NCBI GenBank assembly: GCA_964016885.1
Contig: OZ024749.1
Coordinates: forward strand, 56,420,001-56,484,000
Source: Eledone cirrhosa
Lineage: Eukaryota
Direction of reading: 5' to 3'
DNA length: 64,000 bases
Under the pieces are notes generated by a model. The model had not been told where the DNA came from. It did no database searches and saw nothing but the letters and a program-made list of their open reading frames with translations. Below, piece after piece: positions 15,085 through 29,395 of this stretch. Each line of letters starts with the position of its first letter. Within the stretch, counting starts at the first letter, position 1. The translations under genes and the position numbers were made by a program.

Positions 15085-15520
15085 TGGCTGCCAACTCGTT
15101 TTCGAGTACGGCCACTACTTTATATCCATGTAGGAGAACCCCTACTGATGCGCTGAACGAGTGTGACTTTTTAGTCCAGCCAGCGACTTGAAAGCTCTGG
15201 TACAAACACTACACTTGTGACAATTATTGACACATAGTGCTGGGCCCATGGTACCATGTGACGACAAATGCAGAGAGATCTCCAGATATAAAGCAATGCC
15301 TGTGCCGTGAAGCTTTTATAGTGAGCAAAGGCACTGCACAAAGCCAGTCCCACTCTCTTAACCAAGATGATATTTACCAAAAAGAAGAACAAGTCAACAT
15401 CATTGGATACCATCAGGGTTGCAGGTGTTATATCAGAGTTTTCCTTCTCCTAGAATTCTGCCTTGACAAAGGCTAAGGGGTCATCTCTCCCGGTGATTTT
15501 GGATGGCCATTGACTCTTAA
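15085..15520 (-). mobile_element. Probable RTE 5'-region remnant
   Basis: Contains ctaggagaaggaaaactctgatataacacc, similar to a motif I recall from RTE 5' UTRs. It is a complex-sequence island between (TA)n tracts. Confidence 0.35.
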
Positions 15521-16367
15521 GATATATATACATATATATACATATATATATACATATATATATATATATACATATATATACATATATATATATATATACA
15601 TATATAAACACACAGATGCCTGTACCCACACCTACACACCTAAACATACACATTTTTACAAATGATGTGATAGAAATGTACTAAATTGGAGATTTTTAGA
15701 TCGAAATAGAACATTTCGAAACAAATTTGAAATGAAAAGAAAAAAAGCAATCAATCAATATTTTCGGGATGTGTAAAAAATAAAAATATCCTAAGGTGAC
15801 AAGTATAGAGTTTTATAGGAGGGGGGTGGGGGCTAAATAGTGAAAGTAGAAGAATGACAGATGGGAGGAGAGAGAGATGGAGGGAGAGAGAGAATGGGTG
15901 GTGGTGGTAGGTGGAGTAAATAAGGTGAAGGAGGAGAATGGCAGAAGAAAAGAAAAAAGGTGTGACAGATGGTAAGTTCTCAGTAAAGTCTTCACAGAAT
16001 TTTACGTATTTATATATTTCTTTTATTTTATTTTTGGAGTCGGAATTGGTAAATAATGGCATCAATGGTATTACAGGTACACATTTCCAACATGGCAGTT
16101 GACAGTGTCTGGTTTACTGCATGTCTCGTGGTGAAAGCTGTAAGGGACTGTCTGTAACTCGATACAGAACAAATACCTAAAGGAACCCTTTTTTTTTTCG
16201 TGAATAAGAGTATCTTAAAAAAAAAGTATCTTTTTGTCCAATTACATCAGCAAAAGGTGTGTAGGGACATAGTATCCAAATCTCACTCAGATTACACCCT
16301 ACTGTCATAAAAGAAAAGTAAGGAGACACTAGAAAATGTAGTACTAGATACACCAAAAGATGAACTG

Positions 16368-16618
16368 ATCAAGACTGTAACATCTTTGATCATAGGTTTA
16401 TTTATCTGGTTCAAGATAGTAACATCTTTGATCATAGGTTTACACAACTGGTTCAAGACTGTAACATCTTTGATCATAGGTTTACTTATCTGGTTCAAGA
16501 CAGAAACATCTTTGATCATAGGTTTACACAACTGGTTCAAGACTGTAAAATATTTAATCATAGGTTTCTTTATCTGGTTGAAGACAGTAACATCTTTGGT
16601 CATAGATCTAAACAACTG
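16368..16618. repeat. 42-bp minisatellite, about 6 copies with alternating variants
   Basis: Unit aagactgtaacatctttgatcataggttta(cacaa/cttat)ctggttc. Confidence 0.92.
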
Positions 16619-16662
16619 TTGCTAACCTGGAGCTAATTAATAACAACAACAATAATATAACC

Positions 16663-16835
16663 AATAATTGTTTCTACATTAGGCACAAGGCCAGCAATTA
16701 CCCAGTGCATTACTGGTACTTTATTTTATCGACCCCGTAAGGATGAAAGGCAAAGTTAACCTCGGCGGGATTTGAACTCAGATCATAAAGGGACGTAACA
16801 CTATGCTTCAAAGCATGGTGTCCGACTCTCTACCG
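16663..16835 (-). mobile_element. SINE family 1
   Basis: Reverse complement of core and B-box (ggatttgaactcag). Confidence 0.85.
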
Positions 16836-18060
16836 TCTTAAATATGGTATATTATTTAAGCTTGAACTAAGGTTCTTTACATCATAAGATCAAAAGATCA
16901 ATTTAAGAAGTTGTTTCCTTAATCCATAATGCCAAAGTAGATAATTTGAAGCCAATTTCTTTCATCTAGAATTTGGAAAAGTTTTATTTATTATCAATAT
17001 TCAGTTATTCCTCGGGAGATTATTTACTTCAAAGCAGTCAAATGTTAACTGGTATGGGAATGTTAAAAAAAAAAACCAAACAAGTTCAGTCAGTGACTTA
17101 GTTTGAGTGCCAAGAGGTCCGACAACTCATAGTAAAATGCATTTTCAAATAAGCAAAAATTTTTTTTTTAAATGGAGAAGTTATAATGTTAAAAAAAGTA
17201 TTCAGTGAAAATTATAATAAAAATAAGAGCTTAATTTATAAGATTGATTTTCTTTTTTTTTTTAATATCAATAAATTAGTGTAAATTATTTTACTTGAGC
17301 TTTCTATTTTTGTTAGTATCATTGAAAACTGAGTGCATAATATAAAGTATCCTTACTAATGCAATAAATCTATCAATTAATAAGCAACACTTTTAGAAAA
17401 TTCCATTATTGTAATGGAAATTTGCTGCAGAATTCTGGCAATATCCAATTCCCCTTGGAATGGCCATGAAAGCAGCCTTTAGTCAGATAGTTATAGGAGT
17501 GACAGAAAACCGATCAGTTCTAAGCTAGAAAGCTGAAGATAAGATAGGAGGCGGTGAGCAAGAAAAATATGTTATATGCTAGCTACTAAGCACTGTTAAT
17601 ACAGAAATATGGTGAGATGAGGCAGTAAACTTATATTTGTTGACAGATAAATTTTTTTTTTTTCCTGACAACAGACCAAGTTAGATTAGCAACAAAGAAA
17701 GTACAAGACAAAGACACTGACCAGATAATGAAGAAACAATTATTCGTGTATTTATTCAAATTGAAATTTATGTGTAGCAAGCAGACACCTTCAATATGAA
17801 AGCAAATTAGACATGTTAATATATAGGAATGTCCGTGGAAATATTTCTCTGATTCATTGTAAAGAGTTTTATCAAGTAAACATGATATCTCAAGCCAATA
17901 TTGAAATTTATATCTCAAAGATTAGATGACCAGATATAAAATTCAGATAGAATTGCTAAATAGAAAACTTAGCAGTAAAAGTTTTATTAATAAAGTGTCA
18001 ATTATTTCCCGTTCCCTGTGATTTGAGATCAAATCTCCCTTAAGGCAACTTTGTCTTTAA

Positions 18061-18281
18061 CCCTTTAGCATTTAAACCGGCCATATCCGACCAGAAATCT
18101 CTCGCCTCTTTCTGTTCAAACTGGCCATAACCGGCCACTCATAAAGAGATTAAGGTATTTTTCTCGAAATAAATAATATCAAAATCTCATAGATTCGATA
18201 TTATGTGAGATAATTATATAAGGTAAAGCCTTTACTGTAAAAATACAATAGTAAATATAGAGTAATTCAAATGCTAAAGGG
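18061..18281. mobile_element. piggyBac-type MITE
   Basis: TTAA target duplications on both sides. TIRs ccctttagcattt / aaatgctaaaggg. Confidence 0.85.
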
Positions 18282-18524
18282 TTAAGGAGTTAAGGGCAGT
18301 AGATTGACAAATGTGATTTCTTGTGATATCTGTTTCAACTTTGTGTATTCTGAATTCAAAGCTTGCCTCCTGACATCAGTAAAATACTGTCAAAATAGAA
18401 CTGGGGCCCCTACCTGACATTAAACACACACAAAAAAGGACATCTATGATAAAAAGCACCTAGTCAACCCTCTTAGGTGGTCATTTTGGTGTCACAATAA
18501 AAAACAGAAGACTGGAATAAACAA

Positions 18525-18895
18525 GGATACTGGGATATACAGCGGGAGACTGAGATATACGCACAGGGATATTGGGATATATACACCGAGATACCGGGAT
18601 ATATACACCGAGAGACTGGGATATATACACCGAGATACCGGGATATATACACCAAGATATCGGGATATATACACCGAGATACTGGAATATACACCGAGAT
18701 ACCGGGATATATACACCAAGAGACTGGGATATATACACCGAGATACCGGGATATATACACCAAGATACCGGGATATATACACCGAGATACTGGAATATAC
18801 ACCGAGATACCGGGATATGTACACCGAGATATATACACTGAGATATTGGGATATATACACTGAGATACCGGGATATACAACCACACCAGGATACA
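18525..18895. repeat. 20-22-bp minisatellite
   Basis: Unit gggatatatacaccgagatacc. Confidence 0.92.
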
Positions 18896-19302
18896 CAAAA
18901 ATCTCTGCTCTAAATAAATTACAAATGCAATTACAACTACCATTACCATTACCACATGTGCAATATAAGCTACAGTGCATGTGGTAAACATGTGCAGATG
19001 TTGGCATTGTGATAAACAGTAAAAAAGCAAAACAAAACAAAACAAAACAAAACAAAAACAAAGAAAAGTACAAGGAATTTCTATTACTTGTGTTTTATAC
19101 ATCATGCTTGAGAGATAAAGATGACATTAATAGTTTTAAGATGCAACGTGTGTTCTTAAAAAGCTATTCATGATATAATGCGGCTGGCAACTGTTAATTC
19201 ATATTACACACCTTCAGTCTACATGTGTGAGCTTGTATATCTTCTCTCTCTCTCTCTAGCTATCTATCTCTCTTTACAACTTAATATGCTTAAAATATAT
19301 AA

Positions 19303-19335
<33 letters not shown>

Positions 19336-19745
19336 TATATATATATATATATATATATATAAACATATATATATATACATATATATAAACATATAAACAT
19401 ATACATACTTATATGTATACTTATATATATATATATATACATACACACACACATATTTATATATATATATATGTATATATGTATATATATATGTATATAT
19501 ATATATAGAGAGAGAGAGGGGGAGGGGGAGAAAGAGAGAGAAGGAAACAAAGAGACAGAAAGAGAGAGAGAAAGAAAGAGTAAGATAGAGAGAGAGACGG
19601 AGGTGTTGGAATATTTTTTTCAGTATCTGCAGAAATTGTTGCACCATTATTATTCCTTGCTTCCATAAACATCTAAGTTGAGTATAAAATTGTAGTAATG
19701 AAACCTCACAGGAATGGAACACTGGGGGGGGGGGGGGCACTGTTA

Positions 19746-19798
<53 letters not shown>

Positions 19799-20480
19799 TT
19801 TAAAAAAACAAAGCAAAATATAAATAAAAAATATAAACAGTCTTTTTCAATGATTAAACTTCAAATAATACAGAAATCAAGTTTCTTCTTCTACATCTGA
19901 TGATGGAGTGGCTATGGTGGTGGTGGTGGTGGTGGTGGTGGTGGTGGTGGTGGTGATGATGATTGGAGTGGTGGTTATGGTGGTGATGATGATGACTGGA
20001 GTGGTGATGACTGGAGTGGTGATGATTAAGGTGGTGATGATGATGGTGGAGGTGATAACATCGATGATGGTGGTGATGATAATGATGATGATGTATCGAT
20101 AATGGTGCTGCTGCTGATGATGTTGATAACAACGACAATGGTGATGATGATGATGATGATGATGATGAGGAGGATGACAATGGTGCTGTAGATGATTGTA
20201 GTGATGATGGTGCTGATGATAACAGTACTGATCACAACGATGATGATGATGATGGTACTGATGATGACGGTGATGGTGATAGTGATGATGGCGATGATGA
20301 GGAAGAGAGGGCTGATGATGGTGATGATGGTGATGATGGTGGTGATGATGATGATGATAATAGTGGTGATGATGGTGATGATGATGGTGATGATGATGAT
20401 AATAGTGGTGATGATGGTGATGATGGTGAGGAGGAGGAGGATAACAAAAATAATAATAATAATGGTGATAATAATAATAA

Positions 20481-20790
20481 TAATTGTTTCTACTTTTGGC
20501 ACAAGGCCAGGAATTATCCCAGTGCATTACTGGTACTTTATTTTATCCACACCGTAAGGATGAAAGACAAAGTTAACCTCAGCGGGATTTGAACTCAGAC
20601 CGTAAAGGGCCGTAACTCTATGCTGCAAAGCCAATCCACCACTTTACAGTCTGAGTTCAAATCCCGCCGAGGTTAACTTTGCCTTTCATCCTTACGGGGT
20701 CGATAAAATAAAGTACCAGTAATGCACTGAGATAATTGCTGGCCTTGTGCCTAAAGTAGAAACAATTATTATTATTATTATCATTATTAT
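20481..20790. mobile_element. Head-to-head inverted pair of SINE family 1 copies
   Basis: Minus copy at ~20481-20640 is immediately followed by a plus copy at ~20642-20790. Both include B-box, core and tail. Confidence 0.88.
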
Positions 20791-21103
20791 TATTCTCCTA
20801 TCATTTCTGTTGAGAGGACAGGAATGTAATCAGATATGAAACGACTGCTTTTCTTTTGTTCCCCCCCCCCCCCATCAAAACTTTTCTAATATTCATGTCA
20901 TTTGAATTACCAAATGTGATAAATACTTCCAATTATACCGTTACTAATAGAAAAGGAAGGAATGTCTGACAACAGAACCAAATAGGCAATTATCAGAACA
21001 ACAACAACAACAACAGCAACAACAACAACAACAAGAAAGCAAAGAAGAAGAAAAAGAAAGCAAAGAAAGCAAAGAAGAAGAAGAAGAAGAAGAAGAAGAA
21101 GAA

Positions 21104-21175
<72 letters not shown>

Positions 21176-21467
21176 GAAGGACGGAAGGAAGGAAAAGAGT
21201 CTTCATATTTAAACCACATTAGAGGAAATATAATTTCAGAAATGTTATTGAATCTTAATTACCCACATACACATAATTAGAAAAAGAAGAAAAAACAAGC
21301 AACAACAACAGCAACAACAACAGCGGCAACAACAACAACCACAACAACATCAGCAACACCTTAATATTGCTATGTATATACAAACAAACAAACAAACAAA
21401 CAAACAAACAAACAAACAAGCAAACAAACAAACGAACAAACATAGTTAATATGAAATCACCACCGAC

Positions 21468-21532
21468 CTGATGTGAAATTGGTTTTCCATCACCCACTGG
21501 TTTGCCTGTACTGACTTCAAATAAATGAATTA
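21468..21532 (-). CDS. IFT80: IFT80 internal coding exon D (65 nt)
   Basis: Acceptor cattttacag|TA and donor CAG|gtcggt. Translates (V)IHLFEVSTGKPVGDGKPISHQ, matching IFT80 [22 protein letters not shown]. Split codon G+TA=Val fits exon C across a 37-kb intron. Confidence 0.93.
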
Positions 21533-21687
21533 CTGTAAAATGAAAAGGTTATTTTTGTGAGAAAAATACTGAAAAGGTTCAATTTCAAACAACAAGTCAA
21601 CATCAAATGTGATAAACAGGTCAAATTATACAACAGTTCACATAAGTACATTATTTCATTCTGTTATTATTTTCATTTTTATTCTAT

Positions 21688-21965
21688 TTTACCTTTAAAT
21701 TTCATCCTTATGCAGGGTTGATAAAATAAAGTACCAGTAATGCACTGGAGGTTGATTTAATCGACTTTCCCCTCCCTCAAAATTGCAGGCCTTGTGCCTA
21801 AATCACAAACCATTATTATTATTATCATTTTTACCTTTGGCTTTCATCCATACAGAGGGTCGATAAAATAAAGTACCAGTAATGCACTGAGGTTGATTTA
21901 ATCAACTTTCCCCTCCCCCAAAAATTGTTGGCCTTGTGCCTAAATCACAAACCATTATTAGTATT
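21688..21965 (+). mobile_element. Two tandem headless SINE family 1 copies
   Basis: Two direct ~140-bp repeats of core plus tail (tttcatcc...gataaaataaagtaccagtaatgcactg...ggccttgtgcctaaatcacaaaccattatt). Confidence 0.8.
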
Positions 21966-21969
21966 ATTA

Positions 21970-22180
21970 GGCGGTGGATTGGCAGTATCGGTGGAAGGCT
22001 GGACACCATGCTTTGCAGCATAGAGTTACGGCCCTTTACGATCTGAGTTCAAATCCCGCTGAGGTTGACTTTGCCTTTCATCCTTACGGAGTCGATAAAA
22101 TAAAGTACCAGTAATGCACTGGGATAATTGCTGGCCTTGTGCCAAATGTACAAACAATTATTAGTATTATTATTATTATT
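21970..22180 (+). mobile_element. Full-length tRNA-derived SINE, family 1
   Basis: A-box tggcagtatcgg, B-box gagttcaaatcc, core gcctttcatccttacggagtcgataaaataaagtaccag, (ATT)n tail. More than ten related copies occur in the window. Confidence 0.88.
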
Positions 22181-22624
22181 ATTTTACCTTTGCTTTTCAT
22201 GCAGCTACCCACAAACACATACAAAGATTAACATAATATCACCTGTTTATGGTAAATATGTTTAAAGCTTTGCTTCAAAAACCAAAACCAAAACCTAAAT
22301 CAAAGTTTCTAGTCTGGAAATTATTATATATACAAGACAAGACTCTTTTACTCTCACCAATAATCAGAATGACCATAAACTAGGTCAGATAAATAAATAA
22401 AAATACAACTGACTAACACAAAGACAGATTGAAAATCTCTTTTTTCTCTCTCTCCCTTTTTTCTATTTTTTATTTATTTTTTTACCTAATTTTCTTATGG
22501 TCCCCTAACTAAGTTTTGTGGAATGGTCACATTCAAGAGAGAACTATATAAGAAAAAAATATAAGTAGTGTTAACTAGGAAAATAGGAGATAAGCAACCA
22601 ACCAAAACATGATGGCAATGATGA

Positions 22625-23395
<771 letters not shown>

Positions 23396-23873
23396 ATGAC
23401 CACACACACAAATGAAGAAAACAACAACAACAAGCCCCCCAAATAACCTATAAGTACCGTAGTTATTACTTTAGTGTGTTAAACAAGAGAGACATACTCT
23501 AATCAGTAAAGCAATAGAATATTGATCAGGGAAGGAAATGGTGTGGAATGAAATCAATATCACCTTTTTGTTTTTGGTATTTTGTACCTGTTTATCTTCT
23601 ATAATTTCTTGTTTTGTTTGTTGTTTTTTTTTGTCTTTTTTTTTGTCTTTTACATCAGCTGAAGTAATGGAACCAAAGAAAAGGGGGTACTATAAAACAT
23701 TATTGTTCAGATGGCTGTGCTCCAGCATGGCCTCAACCAGTCAGCTGGAACTGGTAAAAGAGTGTATTATATATATATATATCATCATCATCATATATAT
23801 ATATATTCAAAATAGGAGGAGCACAAGACAAAGACCAGGAAAAAACAAGGAAAGACACGATGGTTTCAGTGCA

Positions 23874-23937
<64 letters not shown>

Positions 23938-23988
23938 ATGGTGGTGCCCCAACATGGCCTCAGCCACTCGGCTAAATAAGTAAGAGAG

Positions 23989-24019
<31 letters not shown>

Positions 24020-25210
24020 GTATGTATAGTATATTTGGCAATATAGCGTATGTTTAATTAAAAACATTTAGAACACCATACACTATCAGTTTTAAAGTAG
24101 TGACCATGTCACTAACTTCTTTTCAGAGAAAGAAGGGAGAGAAGCTGACAGTCTGTTTCACACTGGTTGACGATCATCAGTGCCACGCACTCCCTGCTTC
24201 CGCTGAAAATTATATATATATATGCACACATGAGAGGCAGTGATAGAGAGAGAGGAGAGAGAGAAAGACAGAGGAGAGAGAAAGGGGGGAGATATATATA
24301 TATCAGTATTCCCTCATCCTACTCCCCTATAGATATCTGACATCAATCTACTTCTAATGTAACATTTCTCCTTTATTGAATAACTATTTTCAGGAATGAT
24401 CTTACAACACTAAACAAAAACAGAAACAATCACTCCTCCCCCCTCTCTCTCTACCATCCACCTCTCTCTCTCTCTCTCTCTCTACCGTCCACCTCTCCCT
24501 ATCTCTCTCTACCATCCACCTCTCTCTACCGTCCACCTCTCCCTATCTCTCTCTACCGTCCACCTCTCTCTATCTCTCTCTCTCTACCGTCCACCTCTCT
24601 CTATCTCTGCCCCTTACTCACTCCCACCTTCATTCTACAACCACCACATCTTCTCCCCACCTCACCCTACCATCTCCATCCCTCACCCCACCATCTCACC
24701 TCCTCACCCCCACCCCCACCACCACCCCCACCACCACCATACTCCTCCTCCTCAGTCTTCCAAATGTTTCGTCAACCTAACGTTGCCTCCAAAAATAACA
24801 TTAAAGGGAGAAAAAGAAAGTCTGCGTAGAAAATTATGAAAAAGGTTAGGAAAAAAAGATAGAAAGAAAGGAAAGAAAGAAGGAAGAAAAGAAAGAAGGG
24901 AAGCAGGAAGGGAAGAAAGAAGGGAAGCAGGGAGGAAAGAAAGAAGGAAGGGAAGAAAGAAGGGAAGCAGGGAGGGAAGAAAGAAGGAGTGAACAAAGCT
25001 TTATTCATTCTTATTTCACCTTATTTAAAATTTGACTCATTAAATAAAATTATTCTCTTATTCATTGGTAATTGTTCAATCAGGAGCAGTAAGAAAAAAA
25101 AATATATATATAAAATCTTATTTCTCTTCTATATATATATATATACATACAAATATATATATACATATATATATATACAAATACATATACATATATATAT
25201 ATACATACAA

Positions 25211-25241
<31 letters not shown>

Positions 25242-25404
25242 CATACACATATATATATATATATATATATACATACAAATATATATATATATATACATAC
25301 ATACAAATATATATATATATATATACATACATACAAATATATATATATATATATACATACATACAAATATATATATATATATATACATACATATATATAT
25401 ATAT

Positions 25405-25457
<53 letters not shown>

Positions 25458-25688
25458 AATACATACAAATATATATATATATATATATACATACAAATAT
25501 ATATATATACATATATATATATATACAAATACATACAAATATATATATATACATATATATATATATGTATATACAAATATATATATACATATATATTTAT
25601 ATATTTGTATATAAATACAAATATATATATATATATGTATACACACATATCTATATGTTTATTCATATACATATATATAAATATTTAT

Positions 25689-25742
<54 letters not shown>

Positions 25743-27780
25743 ATGAATGTACCAACAACCACAACAACGAGGGAACAGTGTGGCCTAGGGCAGTCCAGAA
25801 AGTTCTGCCTGATTTCACAGCAATTCCCTGGCAATCTAGAAAGACCTGGAAGCAACTAAGACGGAGGGGACAAAGAATGCCACAGCAATTTACATGTTCT
25901 AAATAGCAGGTATCATTAAAACTAACCTCTCACTGAAGAGGAAGAAATGATTCATGGAGTGGGTTTGGTGGGGGTTAGTGGTGGTGGTGGCGGTGGTGGC
26001 GGTGGTAGTGGTGGCGCGGGGGGGGGGGTATTGGGGGGATAGATGTGGGGGTATTGGTGGGGGGGGGGGGTTATTGGTGGTGGTAGTGGTGGTGGTGGTG
26101 GTGACAGTGTTGGTGGTGGTTGTGCCGATGGTGGTGTTGGTGATGGCAATAGTGGTGGTGGTGGTGATGGTAGTGGTGGTGGCGACAGTGGTGGTGGTGG
26201 TGGCGACAGTGGTGGTGGTGGTGGTGGTAGTGGTGGTGGCGACAGTGGTGGTGGCGACAGTGGTGGTGGTGGTGATGGTAGTGGTGGTGGCGACAGTGGT
26301 AGTGGTGGTGGCGACAGTGGTAGTGGTGGTGGCGACAGTGGTGGTGGCGACAGTGGTGGTGGTGGTGGCGACAGTGGTGGTGGCGACAGTGGTGGTGGTA
26401 AACCAAAGGCTAACACAGAACAGAACTGAACTGTGAGAATCTATTTAAAGATTTGAAGAAATGTTAAACCCTGGTGTCAGTCAATGTACTCATTGACCCA
26501 GTAGGAGGAGGAGAAGATGGTGGAGGAGGAGGAGAGAGTGGATGGGGGGGAAGAAGAGAGGAGGAAGAGAGAGTGGAGGAAGAGAGGGAGGAAAGAGTGG
26601 AAGACTGGGAAGAGAGGGAGGAAAGAGTGGAAGAGAGGGAGGAGAGAGTGGAGGAAGAGAGGGGGAGAGAGTGGAGGAAGGGGAGAGAGAACAACAACAA
26701 CAACAAGATACTACAGACACATGGTAATTATATCATTAGCTGAAATTAACTTATATATATTTAAGACAGCTAATTACCTTGAAATACCAATAACTTAACA
26801 TCTTAAATGATACTATTTTTTTTTAAATATTATTATTATTATGTTTATGTCTTTTCTACCAATATATGTGTGTGTGTGTGATGTGTGTGGAGAGTGTGTG
26901 TGCTGTGTGTGATGTGTGTGGTGAGTGTGTGTGGTGTGTGTGGTGTGTGTATGTGGTGTGTGTGTGGTGTGCGTGGTGTGTGTGTGGTGTGTGTGTGTGT
27001 GGTGTGTGTGTGTGTGGTGTGTGTGTGGTGTGTGTGGTGTGTGTGGTGTGTGTGGTGTATGGTGTGTGTGTGTGTGTGTATGTGCGTGGTGTGTGTGTGG
27101 TGTGTGTGTGTGTGTGTATGTGTGTGTGTGTGTGTTTATGGCACTCACTACATACAGCAACATTTCATTAAGAAACAAAGAAAAATAATATTTTTTACAT
27201 GCAATCTAAAATATGGAAAGCAAAAAAAGTATTTTTAAATAAAAAAAAACGTAAAAAAACACAAATCAATGATATATTTTTATTAAAAGCTAATTATACG
27301 TGGCACAGGTTTAAAGTTGTTGTTGTTGATGCAACTGTTGTTGTTATTATTGCTGTTATTATTGCTGTTGTTGTTGTTGCTGATGGTGCAGCTACTGTTG
27401 TTACTGTTGATGTTGTTGTTGGAGTTGTTATTGCTGTTGTAGATGTTGTTGTTATTGCTGCTGTTGTTGTTGTAGATGCTGTTATTGTTGTTGGAGTTGC
27501 TATTGCTGTTGTAGATGTTATTGTTGTTGTTATTGTTGCTGTTGTTGATGATGCAGCTACTGTTGTTACTTTTGTTGGAGTTGCTATTGCTGTTGTAGAT
27601 GTTGTTGTTGTTATTATTGCTGCTGTTGTTGTTTTTATCATTTATTAAACAAAAGGTGAAATAGTTTTACACCAGAGCTGTTCTAGTTAGATTTATTGTC
27701 TTTAAACATTCCATTCTAACGAGATTTCTAACGAAAGACACCTCATATTCTATTTTCTTCTTTTTCTTTGCCAAAATATG

Positions 27781-27991
27781 ATTTCAATTATAGGTACAAG
27801 GCCAGCAATTTGGGGGAAGGTAAAGTCAATTAAATCAACCCCAGTGCATTACTGGTACTTAATTTTATCGACCACGTAAGGATAAAAGGCAAAGCTAACC
27901 TCGGTGGAATTTGAACTCACAACAAAAAGGAGTGTAACTATATGCTGCAGAACATGTTCGACACTCTACCCATACTACCAATCCATTGCCC
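27781..27991 (-). mobile_element. SINE family 1 (long-tail variant)
   Basis: Core, B-box and head present, with an extra ggggaagg...aaatcaacc segment. Confidence 0.8.
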
Positions 27992-28095
27992 TTAATAACA
28001 ACAACAATCGGCTAAAAACCTGTTTAAATACTTCCAATATCTAATCTAAACGTACACAAAGCAGGTAGCATCACTTGAACTTCCAGCTCAAGATT

Positions 28096-28162
28096 ACACA
28101 CAACATTCAGCTGTGTAACACACAACATTCAGCTGTGTAACACACAACATTCAGCTGTGTAA
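28096..28162. repeat. 22-bp tandem repeat, 3 copies
   Basis: acacacaacattcagctgtgta. Confidence 0.9.
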
Positions 28163-28436
28163 CTAAGTAATGGTAAGAATAATACAGTAATATAATTGCT
28201 AAAACAACTATTGGCTTGTTTCTTTGTTTGTGTTTTGTTTTCTATGTTCCCTTTCATAAATATATGGAAAATTATATTTAAATTGTTGGGTTATATATAT
28301 GTATTTATGTAAACCTATACATGTATATATATATATATGTATATATACATATATGTATGTATATATGCATACCTATACATGTATATATATATACAAATAT
28401 ATATATATATGTATGTATATATGCATACATATGTAG

Positions 28437-28498
<62 letters not shown>

Positions 28499-29360
28499 TT
28501 CTACAAGAAGGCATGTTTCAAAAAAAAATATATAAATAAAAATAACAATAAAAATAAACAAAGATAAACGATAGGAATGGTCTTCACAGTCTCACAGACA
28601 CCACATAAGTTCCTTACCAAAATCCCCACCATATTAATATACCCTGTATCACCTCCATCACTCTGGCTCACAACTCTAATCCAACTTTTCCTTTTTATTT
28701 TCTTGTTTTTCTGGGTTTTTTAAGGGAAGGGAAATTTTTTGTTTTATTTTGTTTCGGAGGGTGGGGTGTTCTTGTATTGGAGTTTTAGGAATTCTTTTTT
28801 TTTTTTGAGAATCGGGTAGATGCTGTTGTTGTTTTTGTTGATTTTTTTGCAGGGAGTGGAGAGGGGGGGGGGGATATTGTTTTATTTATTTATTTTTTCT
28901 TTTCGGGTTTTTTTAGTTTTTATTTGTTTTCCATATCTCCTACTACAGCATTTCCGATCAATATAACATATACTCCTTAACCATCTTTATGGTGCAGTAT
29001 CTCTGATAATCCATTCCAATACCCTCTTCTGAAAATATACAGAATTACATTGCCTTTTATCCACCCCAACCACACCCCATCCCACCCTTTTTTCCTTCTT
29101 TTTTACAAGGATACAAAAGCGTTGGATCAATGGGTTTCCTATTGTACTCTATATATATATATCTCCCTCCCTCTCTCTCTCTATCTATCTATCTCTCTTT
29201 CTCTCTCATTCTTGCAGACAAAGAGACAAAAAGAGAAAGAGAAGAGAGGAAAGAGAAAGAGGAGATAAACAGAGAAAGGAAAAAGAGAGAGAGAAGAGAG
29301 TGAGATGTTTTACAGAATTTCTTTCATATTAAACTCTCTTTCTCTCTCCCTCATTCTTGC

Positions 29361-29395
<35 letters not shown>

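Noticed and set aside
21970-22060. tRNA gene candidates at A/B-box sequences (also 49520-49595 and 59937-60005)
   Set aside because: No complete cloverleaf, and each continues into a SINE body, so they are SINE heads.
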